The translations under genes and the position numbers were made by a program. Shown piece by piece: positions 1 through 9,167 of a DNA stretch of 64,000 nucleotides. This DNA comes from Lysobacterales bacterium (GTDB lineage Bacteria; Pseudomonadota; Gammaproteobacteria; Xanthomonadales; SZUA-5), in assembly GCA_022844165.1 (NCBI GenBank), contig JALHMH010000019.1, positions 20,740 to 84,739 on the forward strand, in the 5' to 3' direction. A model generated the notes under the pieces. That model had not been told where the DNA came from, did not search any database, and saw only the letters and a program-made list of their open reading frames with translations. Position 1 is the stretch's first letter; each line of letters begins with the position of its first letter.

Positions 1-1142
1 CGCGCGCTTACGATGCTTTCTTTCGCAAGGTCCACGGATCGCGGCTGATCTACAACACGTGTTGGGAAGACCCGCGCGCGGATCGCGAATTGCTCGCTCT
101 GAACGCCAGCTCTCGCGTGCTGATGATCACCAGCGCCGGCTGTAATGCACTGGATTACTTGCTCGATGACCCGGCAAGAGTCGACTGCGTTGACATGAAT
201 CCGCGGCAGAACGCGCTGCTGGAACTCAAGCTGGCTGTTCTGAAAGCCGATCGTCCGGAATGGCTGTTCGCGCTGTTCGGCGAAGGACGGCACGACGATT
301 TCCCAGCGCTGTACCCAGAACTAAGACCGTGGTTGAGCGCCGTCGCACAACAAATTTGGGATGGTCAGTTGCATCTTTTCAGTCCGCGCGGGCGAGGCAG
401 TTTTTACTTCCGCGGCGCATCGGGCGATGTCGCTTATTGGGTGCGCCAGAGCATTCGCCACCTGCAGCCAAGGTTGTGGCGCGAACTCGAACTGCTGATC
501 GATGCACGCACGCTCGACGAACAACGCGAGCGATACGCGCGCATCGAAAAGCGGTTGTGGGGTCCGGTAATGCGTTGGGCCGCGCGGCAACCGGTGGTGT
601 TGACCATGTTGGGCGTGCCTCGTGCGCAACGCAACTTGATCGAAACGCAGTATCCCGGTGGCATGAATGCCTACATCGAGGACAAGCTTCGTTATCTGTT
701 GACCGAGCTGCCAATCCAGGAAAACTACTTTTGGCGCGTATACATCCACGGACGCTATACCAGAGACTGTTGTCCGAACTATTTGAAAGCCGAAAATTTT
801 GCAGTGTTGCGTGAACGCGCCAGTCGAGTGGCCACGCATACCGGCACGCTGGCGGATTTCCTGAAGCAGTCGACGCACACTTACGACCGCTTTATCTTGC
901 TCGATCATCAGGACTGGATGGCAGTGCATGCGCCACAGGCATTGGATGAGGAGTGGAATCTGGTGATTGGCGGCAGCGCGCCCGACGCGCGCGTGCTGAT
1001 GCGGTCTGCGGGTCTCGACATCGACTTCCTGCCACAATTCGCCCGTTCGCGCTTGCTGCCGTTCGATTGTGCGGACTGGCATCGGCGCGATCGCGTCGGC
1101 ACCTACGGCAGTGTGCTGTGCGCTGAGGTACGGGGCGTATGA
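1..1142 (+). CDS. btaA: Betaine lipid synthase BtaA (DUF3419; SAM:diacylglycerol 3-amino-3-carboxypropyl transferase), 5' partial
   Basis: Frame is open from the window edge (RAYDAFFRKVHGSRLIYNTCWEDPRADRELL). Motifs IYNTCWEDP, ITSAGCNALDY, VDMNP.QNALLELK, LDHQDW and DRVGTYGS are present. Followed by a methyltransferase with ATGA overlap. Confidence 0.88.
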   Translation, partial: RAYDAFFRKVHGSRLIYNTCWEDPRADRELLALNASSRVLMITSAGCNALDYLLDDPARVDCVDMNPRQNALLELKLAVLKADRPEWLFALFGEGRHDDFPALYPELRPWLSAVAQQIWDGQLHLFSPRGRGSFYFRGASGDVAYWVRQSIRHLQPRLWRELELLIDARTLDEQRERYARIEKRLWGPVMRWAARQPVVLTMLGVPRAQRNLIETQYPGGMNAYIEDKLRYLLTELPIQENYFWRVYIHGRYTRDCCPNYLKAENFAVLRERASRVATHTGTLADFLKQSTHTYDRFILLDHQDWMAVHAPQALDEEWNLVIGGSAPDARVLMRSAGLDIDFLPQFARSRLLPFDCADWHRRDRVGTYGSVLCAEVRGV

Positions 1143-1744
1143 GCACAAATACGGACGCCCTCAAACGCTACTACCGTTTCCACGCTGCGATTTACGACTC
1201 GACGCGCTGGTCTTTTTTGTTCGGCCGATCGGCGCTGATCCAACGGTTGCAAACCATGCGGCTGCAACCGCGACGCGTACTGGAGATCGGCTGTGGTACG
1301 GGGCGTAATCTGGCGATGTTGGCGCGGGCCTTCCCCAAAGCCGACATCGTCGGTGTGGATATTTCGCAAGACATGCTCGAACACGCTCGACGTCGTTGTT
1401 CGTTCGCCGAAGATCGTGTCTTCCTGGAATGCGCGCCCTACGGAACGCAGAGTCGCCTGGGCGGGTTCGACGTGATCGTTGCGTCCTACGCGCTGTCGAT
1501 GATGGGCGACGGCGTTGGCGCGGTGCTCGACGCGGTCAAACGCGATCTGCGGCACGGCGGCGTGTTTGCGGTTGTCGATTTTCGGGATTCGCGCTTCGCT
1601 TTTTTCCGCCGCTGGATGGGCTGCAATCACGTTCGCCTTGACGATGGTGTTCTGCCTCAGATCCGCGAACGATTTGGTGAGTCAGTGGTTTCAACCCACC
1701 ATGCCTACGCAGGATTGTGGCGCTGGTTCATGCTTGTCGCTTGA
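1139..1744 (+). CDS. btaB: Class I SAM methyltransferase, BtaB-like (DGHS N-methyltransferase)
   Basis: YYRFHAAIYDSTRW.FLFGR N-terminus, SAM motif LEIGCGTGRN, SYALSM, VVDF; coupled to btaA. Confidence 0.8.
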   Translation: MSTNTDALKRYYRFHAAIYDSTRWSFLFGRSALIQRLQTMRLQPRRVLEIGCGTGRNLAMLARAFPKADIVGVDISQDMLEHARRRCSFAEDRVFLECAPYGTQSRLGGFDVIVASYALSMMGDGVGAVLDAVKRDLRHGGVFAVVDFRDSRFAFFRRWMGCNHVRLDDGVLPQIRERFGESVVSTHHAYAGLWRWFMLVA

Positions 1745-1752
1745 GGCCGTCG

Positions 1753-2886
1753 TCAGGGCGCGCGATAGACAGGTTTCTGTTGCAATGTCGCGTTCAGGGT
1801 CATCGCCAGTCCCGAGCGGACCAGCTCTATGCTGACCGGCGTCTCCGGCTTCAGATTAGCCTCAAAGCTCCGAAACTGCTCCAGCGACTGCACCTCGACA
1901 CCATGCAGCCGCATCAAGGCATCGCCCGTGCGAACACCGGCCCGGTCGGCCGCTGACTGAGGTTCGATGCGGATGACCTGTAACGCCGTGCGCATTTCAC
2001 CCGTCATTGAGTTCGAAAGCTGCACCGGCACAACTTCGACACCGAGCCAGCCGCGTACCACAAAGCCCTGTCGAACGATCGCATCGAGGATCGCGCGTGC
2101 GGTCTCAATCGGAATCGCGAAGCTGATGCCCTCTGCCCCGCGGCCTCGCCCAAACATCGCCGTATTGATACCGACCAGCTCACCACGTGCATTGATCAGC
2201 GCGCCCCCCGAATTTCCGGTATTGACTGCCGCGTCGGTTTGAATCAGGTGTTCGTAGCCCATCAATCCGAGGTTGACGATTGCTTCGCCGCGCGCGCTGA
2301 CAATGCCCATCGTAACGCTTTGGCCTAACCCGAATGGATTACCAATGGCCAGTACCACATCGCCAATCGCCAGTTCGCCGTCAGCTGCAAATGCCAGTGC
2401 CGGAAGGTCCGAAACATCGATCTTGAGCACCGCCAGGTCAGTGTCCGGGTCGGTGGCAACAACCCGTGCGTCTGTGGTTCGCCCATCCCACAGAACCGCT
2501 CGCACGCGGTCCTTGTTGGCCACGACGTGGTTGTTCGTCAGCAAGTACCCGTCGCCGCGTACGATGACCGCCGAACCCAGGGATTGTTCGAGCCGCTGCG
2601 TTGGTGGACCGATGGGCGTGAAGCTCTGCCCGAGCATTCGCGATGCCTGCTCACTCAATTGGGCGACAGGCGTTTCGGTCACGATGCCCGTGGCATAGAT
2701 GTTTACAACTGAGGGACCGGCGGCCCTGACCGCGCTGGCAAAGCTCGTTACCACAGGCGCGGCCGGCGCGGGCTCGGTCAGCAGCTGCGGCCGTAACCAC
2801 ACGACAATAAAGGCCAACGCAAGTCCAATGATGGCCCAGCGCGCGAAATACGTCAGATGATCGCGCCAGAGCGCTGTCGGAAGCAT
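1753..2886 (-). CDS. HtrA-family serine protease with N-terminal TM and one PDZ domain (DegS/AlgW-like)
   Basis: LTNNHVV, DTDLAVLKI and TDAAVNTGNSGGAL catalytic motifs; C-terminal PDZ; divergent from petABC. Confidence 0.88.
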   Translation of the reverse strand: MLPTALWRDHLTYFARWAIIGLALAFIVVWLRPQLLTEPAPAAPVVTSFASAVRAAGPSVVNIYATGIVTETPVAQLSEQASRMLGQSFTPIGPPTQRLEQSLGSAVIVRGDGYLLTNNHVVANKDRVRAVLWDGRTTDARVVATDPDTDLAVLKIDVSDLPALAFAADGELAIGDVVLAIGNPFGLGQSVTMGIVSARGEAIVNLGLMGYEHLIQTDAAVNTGNSGGALINARGELVGINTAMFGRGRGAEGISFAIPIETARAILDAIVRQGFVVRGWLGVEVVPVQLSNSMTGEMRTALQVIRIEPQSAADRAGVRTGDALMRLHGVEVQSLEQFRSFEANLKPETPVSIELVRSGLAMTLNATLQQKPVYRAP

Positions 2887-3031
2887 GGACGATGGAAGGT
2901 CTGGTTCAATGAGGCATTTGCATTGTGTGCGTTCGAGGCCATCCTGTAAACTTCGGCGGATAGCCGCGCCCGGTCCCTAACCGCATCGTTCGCAGCAAAC
3001 TTTCATCCAGGTTGCAGGAGTTAGACAGAGC

Positions 3032-3631
3032 ATGGCAGCAGAGTCCGTGAACCACGGGCGCCGTCGCTTCCTGACCGCATCGACGGCGGTAGTAGGCGGT
3101 GTGGGCGGCGTCTTCGCCGCCATCCCGTTTTTGAGCGCGTGGAAACCCAGCGCGCGAGCGGTAGCCGCGGGAGCGCCGGTGATTGCGCCCATCGACAAAC
3201 TCAATCCGGGGCAACAGTTGGTTGTCGCCTGGCGCGGCAAGCCGGTGTTCGTTGTCAGACGCGATGAGGCAATGCTGGCGACGCTTGCAGGTGAGAGCGC
3301 GCGACTACGCGATCCGGATTCGGCGAACGATGACGAAACCACGCTGCCGGAGTTTGCTCGAAATCAGCATCGTTCGATGAGGCCTGAGTTGCTGGTTCTC
3401 ATTGGATCCTGCACGCATCTGGGTTGCTCGCCGAAGCTACATCCGGTGGTGCAGCCTGAGCCGTGGGACGCTCAATGGAAAGGTGGTTATTTTTGCCCTT
3501 GCCATAACTCGCGCTTCGACATGGCTGGACGCGTCTACGAAGGTTCGCCGGCGCCGACCAACCTGGCCGTGCCGCCGTATCGGTTCGATGGCGATGTTCG
3601 CGTGGTGATCGGCGAGATGGAGGCAGCGTAA
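3032..3631 (+). CDS. petA: Ubiquinol-cytochrome c reductase Rieske iron-sulfur subunit
   Basis: Tat signal RRRFL; CTHLGC and CPCHNS Rieske motifs. Confidence 0.97.
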   Translation: MAAESVNHGRRRFLTASTAVVGGVGGVFAAIPFLSAWKPSARAVAAGAPVIAPIDKLNPGQQLVVAWRGKPVFVVRRDEAMLATLAGESARLRDPDSANDDETTLPEFARNQHRSMRPELLVLIGSCTHLGCSPKLHPVVQPEPWDAQWKGGYFCPCHNSRFDMAGRVYEGSPAPTNLAVPPYRFDGDVRVVIGEMEAA

Positions 3632-4870
3632 ATGGGCGAGCGTACGAGCACCATGACGGGCGTGCTGGGCTGGTTGGATCAGCGCATGCCGGTTGTCGAT
3701 TTCTGGAACAAACATGTCGGCCAGTATTACGCGCCGAAGAACTTCAATGTCTGGTACTACTTCGGTTCATTGGCGCTACTGGTGTTGGTGAACCAGATCG
3801 TGACCGGCATTTTCCTGACGATGCACTACAAACCGAGTGCCGCCGAAGCCTTCGCTTCAGTCGAGTACATCATGCGCGACGTCGAATGGGGATGGCTCAT
3901 TCGATACATGCACTCTACGGGCGCGTCGTTCTTTTTCATCGTCGTGTACCTGCACATGTTCAGAGCGCTTTTGTACGGTTCGTACCAAAAGCCCCGTGAG
4001 CTGATCTGGGTGCTGGGTGTGGTGATCCTTTTGTTGATGATGGCTGAGGCCTTTTTGGGCTATGTCCTGCCATGGGGACAAATGTCGTTCTGGGGTGCGC
4101 AGGTCATTGTGTCGCTGTTCGGTGCGATACCGATCATCGGTCCGGATCTGGTGATCTTCATTCAGGGCGACTATTTGCCGTCAGACGCCACAATCAATCG
4201 TTTCTTTGCATTGCACGTTGTCGCACTGCCGATCGCGTTGTTGTTGCTGGTGGTGCTGCATTTGGGCGCGTTGCACGAAGTCGGTTCGAACAACCCGGAC
4301 GGTATCGATATCAAGAAGAAAAAGGACGCGTCCGGCAAACCGCTGGATGGCATACCGTTCCATCCGTATTACACGGTCAAGGATTTGTTTGGCGCAGGCG
4401 TGTTTTTGTCGCTGTTCGCTTTCGTGATCTTCTTCGAACCGACTTTCGGCGATCTGTTCCTGGAGTACGACAACTTCGCGCCGGCCGACCCGCTGGTGAC
4501 GCCGGCTCAGATCAAGCCCGTCTGGTACTTTACGCCGTACTACGCGATGCTGCGCGCGATCCCGGACAAGTTTTTCGGTGTGGTGGTGATGGGTGCCGCG
4601 GTACTGATCCTGTTTTTGGTGCCATGGCTCGATCGTAGTCCAGTGCGGTCGATTCGCTATCGTGGTCCGCTGACGAAAATTGCCTTGGCCGCATTCGCCA
4701 CTGCGTTTGTGGTACTCGGGTATCTGGGCCTGCAAGCAGGCAGCGAGACGCAAACGCTGGTTGCGCGCGTTTGTACGTTTATCTACTTCGGATTCTTTGT
4801 GGCCATGCCGCTCTTTACCAAGATCGATTCGGTGAAGCCGGTGCCTGAGCGGGTGACGATGCATGACTAA
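3632..4870 (+). CDS. petB: Cytochrome b
   Basis: GWLIRYMHSTGAS, LPWGQMSFWGA, RFFALH and IKPVWYF motifs. Confidence 0.97.
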   Translation: MGERTSTMTGVLGWLDQRMPVVDFWNKHVGQYYAPKNFNVWYYFGSLALLVLVNQIVTGIFLTMHYKPSAAEAFASVEYIMRDVEWGWLIRYMHSTGASFFFIVVYLHMFRALLYGSYQKPRELIWVLGVVILLLMMAEAFLGYVLPWGQMSFWGAQVIVSLFGAIPIIGPDLVIFIQGDYLPSDATINRFFALHVVALPIALLLLVVLHLGALHEVGSNNPDGIDIKKKKDASGKPLDGIPFHPYYTVKDLFGAGVFLSLFAFVIFFEPTFGDLFLEYDNFAPADPLVTPAQIKPVWYFTPYYAMLRAIPDKFFGVVVMGAAVLILFLVPWLDRSPVRSIRYRGPLTKIALAAFATAFVVLGYLGLQAGSETQTLVARVCTFIYFGFFVAMPLFTKIDSVKPVPERVTMHD

Positions 4871-5612
4871 GCCAATTCTCACGCTGCTTCTCGCGCTCGT
4901 TGGCAGCGTCGCTGCAGCTGCAGGGCCTGGCCCGAAGCTGCTCAACGCCGGCACGAATATCTCGGACACTGCTTCCTTGCAACGAGGTGCGCAGTTGTAC
5001 TTCAACTATTGCGCGAGCTGCCATTCTTTGCAGTACATGCGGTACTCGCGGATGGCTGAAGACCTGGAGCTGACAGAAGATCAGGTCATGAAATACCTGA
5101 ATTTCACCGGCGCGAAGTTCGGCGAGACCATCACCACGAATATGCCGGTCGGTGCAGGCGAGGCGACGTTCGGTGGTGAGGACTGGTTTGGCAAGGCACC
5201 GCCTGATTTGTCGTTAGTGGCGCGTGCACGCAATGACGGTCCAAATTGGATTTACACCTACCTTTTGTCGTTCTATCCCGATCCAAGCCGCCCGGTGGGC
5301 TGGAACAATACGGTGTTCCCGAATGCCAGCATGCCGCATGTCATGTGGGATCGGCAGGGTGTGCAGGTGCTCGTCCAGCAGACCGATGACGCCGGTCAGG
5401 AAACGACAGGATTCGACTTGATCCGTGAGGGCAGCCGCTCACCTGAGCAGTACCGTCAAGATGCGCGCGATGTGGCAACGTTCCTGGAGTACGTGGGTGA
5501 GCCTGCTGCGCTTCAGAGGGAACGCTATGGATTGTGGGTTCTGCTGTACCTTCTGCTGTTCACAGGCGTTGCGTATTTGTTGAAGCACGAATACTGGAAG
5601 GACGTTCATTGA
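4863..5612 (+). CDS. petC: Cytochrome c1
   Basis: Signal peptide, CASCH heme motif, PPDLSL, C-terminal TM ending EYWKDVH. Confidence 0.96.
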   Translation: MTKPILTLLLALVGSVAAAAGPGPKLLNAGTNISDTASLQRGAQLYFNYCASCHSLQYMRYSRMAEDLELTEDQVMKYLNFTGAKFGETITTNMPVGAGEATFGGEDWFGKAPPDLSLVARARNDGPNWIYTYLLSFYPDPSRPVGWNNTVFPNASMPHVMWDRQGVQVLVQQTDDAGQETTGFDLIREGSRSPEQYRQDARDVATFLEYVGEPAALQRERYGLWVLLYLLLFTGVAYLLKHEYWKDVH

Positions 5613-5669
5613 CACTCTGGGCGCCGCGCAGCGGCGCCCAACTTCCCACCGAACCGGATCCGTTCCGCC

Positions 5670-6680
5670 ATGGTCAATATCGGGCTGTTTGGGCGCTTTG
5701 TGCCTTTACAGTCACTGACGCCCGCCGATCGAACGCAGTTGGCCAAACAATCGAGTTTGGTCAGCTATCAACCTGGGCAAGTGATTTTCAATCGCGGCGA
5801 AATGGCCAGGACGCAGGCCTTCTTGATTGAGGGCGAAATCGACCTGGTGGATGGCGCGCAACGGGCGAATCGTCTGCTCGCTGGTCAGGCCGAAGCCAAA
5901 CATGCGCTGGCACCAGGCCACCGCCGCTCGTCCACCGCTTGTTGTGTCAAGGCATCTCAGGTGCTGTTTGTCGATCGAGAGCTGCTCGACGTCATGTTGA
6001 CGTGGTCGCAAACAGGAAATGTCGATGAGGCATCGCGCGATAGCGACTGGGTGACGGCGTTGTTGCAGAGTAAGGCGTTTTTACGCATCCCGCCAGGAAA
6101 CATTGCGCAGATTTTGGCGAGTATGGAATCCTTACAGGTTGAAGCCGGCGAGATTATTCTGCGGCAGGGCGACCCAGGCGACTACTACTACGTGATCACC
6201 GACGGTCGAGCCCAGGTTGTTTTGGAAGACGGGCATTCTGAAGAGGAACTGGCCTTGTTGGGTGTTGGGCGTGGTTTCGGCGAAGAGGCACTGGTTTCGG
6301 GCGAGCCGCGCAATGCAACAGTACGGGCGCTGACGCGCTGCAAGTTGATGCGACTTGCCAGCGCCCAGTTTTCGCGCTTACTCAAAGCGCCGATGCTGCG
6401 TGAGGCCGTGCTGGCAGACTATCGAACCGGTGTGCACCTCATTGATGTGCGGCTACCCGGTGAGTTCGAGCGGGGCCATATGGTGGGTGCGGCCAATATT
6501 CCATTGGCCAGAATCCGTGACGCGGCGCGGCTCCTGGATCCGGAGCTGGAATACTGGGTCTATTGCGATACCGGCCGCCGCAGCGCCTCCGCGACCTTTC
6601 TGCTTGCAGAGCGCGGTTTTAATGCCAAACTGATCAAAGGTGGCGTAACCTCGGATCAATTGAGCGTGATGGCGGCTTAG
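5670..6680 (+). CDS. Tandem cyclic-nucleotide-binding domain protein with C-terminal rhodanese domain
   Basis: Two cNMP-like domains (second has GFGEEAL...PRNATV); rhodanese DVR.P.EFERGH and YCDTGRRS. Confidence 0.82.
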   Translation: MVNIGLFGRFVPLQSLTPADRTQLAKQSSLVSYQPGQVIFNRGEMARTQAFLIEGEIDLVDGAQRANRLLAGQAEAKHALAPGHRRSSTACCVKASQVLFVDRELLDVMLTWSQTGNVDEASRDSDWVTALLQSKAFLRIPPGNIAQILASMESLQVEAGEIILRQGDPGDYYYVITDGRAQVVLEDGHSEEELALLGVGRGFGEEALVSGEPRNATVRALTRCKLMRLASAQFSRLLKAPMLREAVLADYRTGVHLIDVRLPGEFERGHMVGAANIPLARIRDAARLLDPELEYWVYCDTGRRSASATFLLAERGFNAKLIKGGVTSDQLSVMAA

Positions 6681-6797
6681 ATGCTGCCGATATCGATTGT
6701 CCGCGAACGGGTCGTCATCTGAGCGCTATTCCCAGCTTTTCGCGCAGACACTGCATTGAGCAGAACTGATCGACCAGCATTTTTTTTCGGAGCCCAC

Positions 6798-8162
6798 ATG
6801 CAACAACGAATTAGCGCACGCATCAATCCAGAAGTCGGGATGGATGTGCTTTCGAAAGCCGAAGTCCGGCGACTTATGGAAGCGACCACCGGCAGTCTTT
6901 ATCCGCTATTTCGCCAGTGCGCGTTAGCGGTGTTAACCACTGGCAGCGAGTCCGATAGTGCGCGAGCTGTATTGGCGCGTCATCCCGATTTCGACGTGCG
7001 CGTCGTGCAACAAGATCGCGGCGTAAAGCTCGACTTGATCAACGCCCCGGCCGGCGCTTTTGTCGACGGCGAGATTGTTCGCGGCATTCGGCATCTGTTG
7101 TTTGCCGTGCTGCGTGACATCCTTTATGTCGAGAACGAAATCAAGACCCGCGCCAACTTCAACGAACCCGAGGGCATTACCAATGCCGTCTTCGACATCC
7201 TGAGAAACGCGGGAATTTTGCGGGCTGCCCGCGAGCCCAATCTGATCGTGTGCTGGGGCGGACATTCGATCGGGCGCACAGAGTACGAGTACACAAAGAA
7301 AGTCGGTTACGAACTCGGTTTGCGCGGCCTGGATATCTGCACCGGATGCGGACCAGGCGCCATGAAGGGGCCGATGAAAGGTGCGACCATCGCGCACGCC
7401 AAGCAACGATTCACCGACACGCGCTACATCGGCATCACCGAACCCGGGATTATTGCAGCTGAGTCGCCCAATCCGATTGTCAATCATCTGGTGATCATGC
7501 CGGACATCGAGAAGCGCCTTGAAGCCTTCGTGCGAGTTGGGCACGCGATCATCGTGTTCCCCGGTGGCGTCGGTACAGCCGAGGAAATCCTTTATCTGCT
7601 TGGCATCCTGCTGCACCCGGACAATGCCAGTTCGCCATTCCCGGTGGTATTCACGGGGCCCAAACAGAGCGCGGCATACTTCGAGCAAATCGACGCATTT
7701 TTGCGCCTCGTGCTTGGCGATGAGGCCGCATCCCGGTACAAGATCATTGTGGATCATCCACGCGAAGTGGCGCAGTACCTGCGTGAGCAAATGAGCCTTG
7801 TCACTGAGCATCGTATCGAGGCGAAAGACGCCTTTTTCTACAATTGGACGCTCCGGATTCCCGAGGCTTTTCAGCATCGTTTTGCGCCGACTCACGAAGC
7901 GATGGCAAAACTCGAATTGCATCGCGGGCGTCCCGTGCATGATCTCGCAGCCGACTTACGCCGAGCATTTAGCGGCATCGTGGCGGGCAACGTGAAAGAG
8001 GAGGGGATTCGCGCCATTGAGGCGCATGGTCCCTACGAAATCAGCGGTGAACCCGCCATCATGAGCGCGATGGATGCGCTGTTGCGCGCGTTCGTCGAAC
8101 AACATCGCATGAAACTGCCCGGCGGCGAAGCTTACAAGCCGTGCTATCAAATCAAGTTGTGA
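6798..8162 (+). CDS. ppnN: Nucleotide 5'-monophosphate nucleosidase PpnN (YgdH, LOG family)
   Basis: VCWGGHSI, CTGCGPGAMKGPMKGA, PDIEKRLEAF and FPGGVGTAEE; start set at ATG 6798 after GGAG. Confidence 0.93.
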   Translation: MQQRISARINPEVGMDVLSKAEVRRLMEATTGSLYPLFRQCALAVLTTGSESDSARAVLARHPDFDVRVVQQDRGVKLDLINAPAGAFVDGEIVRGIRHLLFAVLRDILYVENEIKTRANFNEPEGITNAVFDILRNAGILRAAREPNLIVCWGGHSIGRTEYEYTKKVGYELGLRGLDICTGCGPGAMKGPMKGATIAHAKQRFTDTRYIGITEPGIIAAESPNPIVNHLVIMPDIEKRLEAFVRVGHAIIVFPGGVGTAEEILYLLGILLHPDNASSPFPVVFTGPKQSAAYFEQIDAFLRLVLGDEAASRYKIIVDHPREVAQYLREQMSLVTEHRIEAKDAFFYNWTLRIPEAFQHRFAPTHEAMAKLELHRGRPVHDLAADLRRAFSGIVAGNVKEEGIRAIEAHGPYEISGEPAIMSAMDALLRAFVEQHRMKLPGGEAYKPCYQIKL

Positions 8163-8295
8163 GATTCGACCACAGGGGGCGCACGGGCGATTGATCAACC
8201 CTCAACCCGAATCGCCAGCTCCGGCCTGGCCGGAGCTGGCTTTATTGCCAACGGGCAGGGCGCTCGTGGCTTATCGAAGCGCATTGGTTTAGCGA

Positions 8296-8928
8296 TCAGA
8301 ATCGATAGATCGCGAAGATGCCGAAAGCCAATGGATCGACGTTGACCGTGCCGAGGTTTGCGCCATTCAGTGACGCGTCGGCGTCGATGTCGAACCAACG
8401 CACGTCGCCGGCGATCGACCAGTTTTGGTTCAGCGCAAAGGCCAGGCCGATCTGCGCCGCCAATCCGAACGAATCATCCAGGCTCAAACGCGTGCCAGCC
8501 AACGGCCCGACTTCTTCTTCGTCGTAGACAAAGGTGTAGTTCAGACCGATACCGACGAAGGGGTCGACGCTGCCTTCGGGGTTGAAGTGGTATTGCAAGG
8601 TGAAAGTAGGCGGCAGATGTTTGAACGATGCCGCACGTCCGCCGTTGAGCTCCACATCGTGCTCAAACGGCAGCGATGCGAGTATATCGAGCTGCCAGTT
8701 GTCGCTGAACCAGTAACCAACGTTGAATGTTGGTCGCACATCGTTGCCGACATCGACGTTAAAGCTGGTCGTGCCGGCACGCAGCACGCCGTTGCCAGAC
8801 TTGGGATTGACAGTGTGGGCGCCAAACTTCAGCTCCCAGCTGCCGGCGTTGCCGGCGGCCGCTGGAGTGGCGTAACCGATTGCGGCCATGATGGCGAAGG
8901 CCACACCGCACTGGATTAACTTCTGCAT
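8296..8928 (-). CDS. ompW: Outer membrane protein OmpW family
   Basis: Signal peptide, LPPTFTLQYHF, GIGLNYT, terminal aromatic YRF. Confidence 0.92.
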   Translation of the reverse strand: MQKLIQCGVAFAIMAAIGYATPAAAGNAGSWELKFGAHTVNPKSGNGVLRAGTTSFNVDVGNDVRPTFNVGYWFSDNWQLDILASLPFEHDVELNGGRAASFKHLPPTFTLQYHFNPEGSVDPFVGIGLNYTFVYDEEEVGPLAGTRLSLDDSFGLAAQIGLAFALNQNWSIAGDVRWFDIDADASLNGANLGTVNVDPLAFGIFAIYRF

Positions 8929-8965
8929 GACTTTGTCCTCCTGGTTTGGTCAATTGAGGACTCGT

Positions 8966-9007
8966 AAGCTAATCGCAGGCGATAAGTGCGCACTTGATTT
9001 TGGTCAA
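8966..9007 (-). promoter_or_regulatory. FNR/Anr-type class II promoter of ompW
   Basis: TTGAT-TTTG-GTCAA at 8994-9007 (one mismatch to TTGAT-N4-ATCAA). A minus-strand -10 TAGCTT at 8971-8966 places the box near -41.5. Confidence 0.65.
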
Positions 9008-9111
9008 TTTTGCGTTAACCCGCACATTTCATGAGGGAACGCGGCGCGCCGCCGAATGCCCGCGCATGGACGCGCTGGCAGGAGGAGCTGAGCAGGAAGC
9101 GCAGCCGCGTT

Positions 9112-9140
9112 AAACAAACGGGGCCGGTAAACCGGCCCCG
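9112..9140 (-). terminator. Rho-independent terminator of the M3 peptidase gene
   Basis: CGGGGCCGG-TTTA-CCGGCCCCG hairpin followed by TTTGTTT on the minus strand, 28 nt after the stop. Confidence 0.8.
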
Positions 9141-9167
9141 ATGTAGCGCGTTGTGTTGCCTGTCGAC

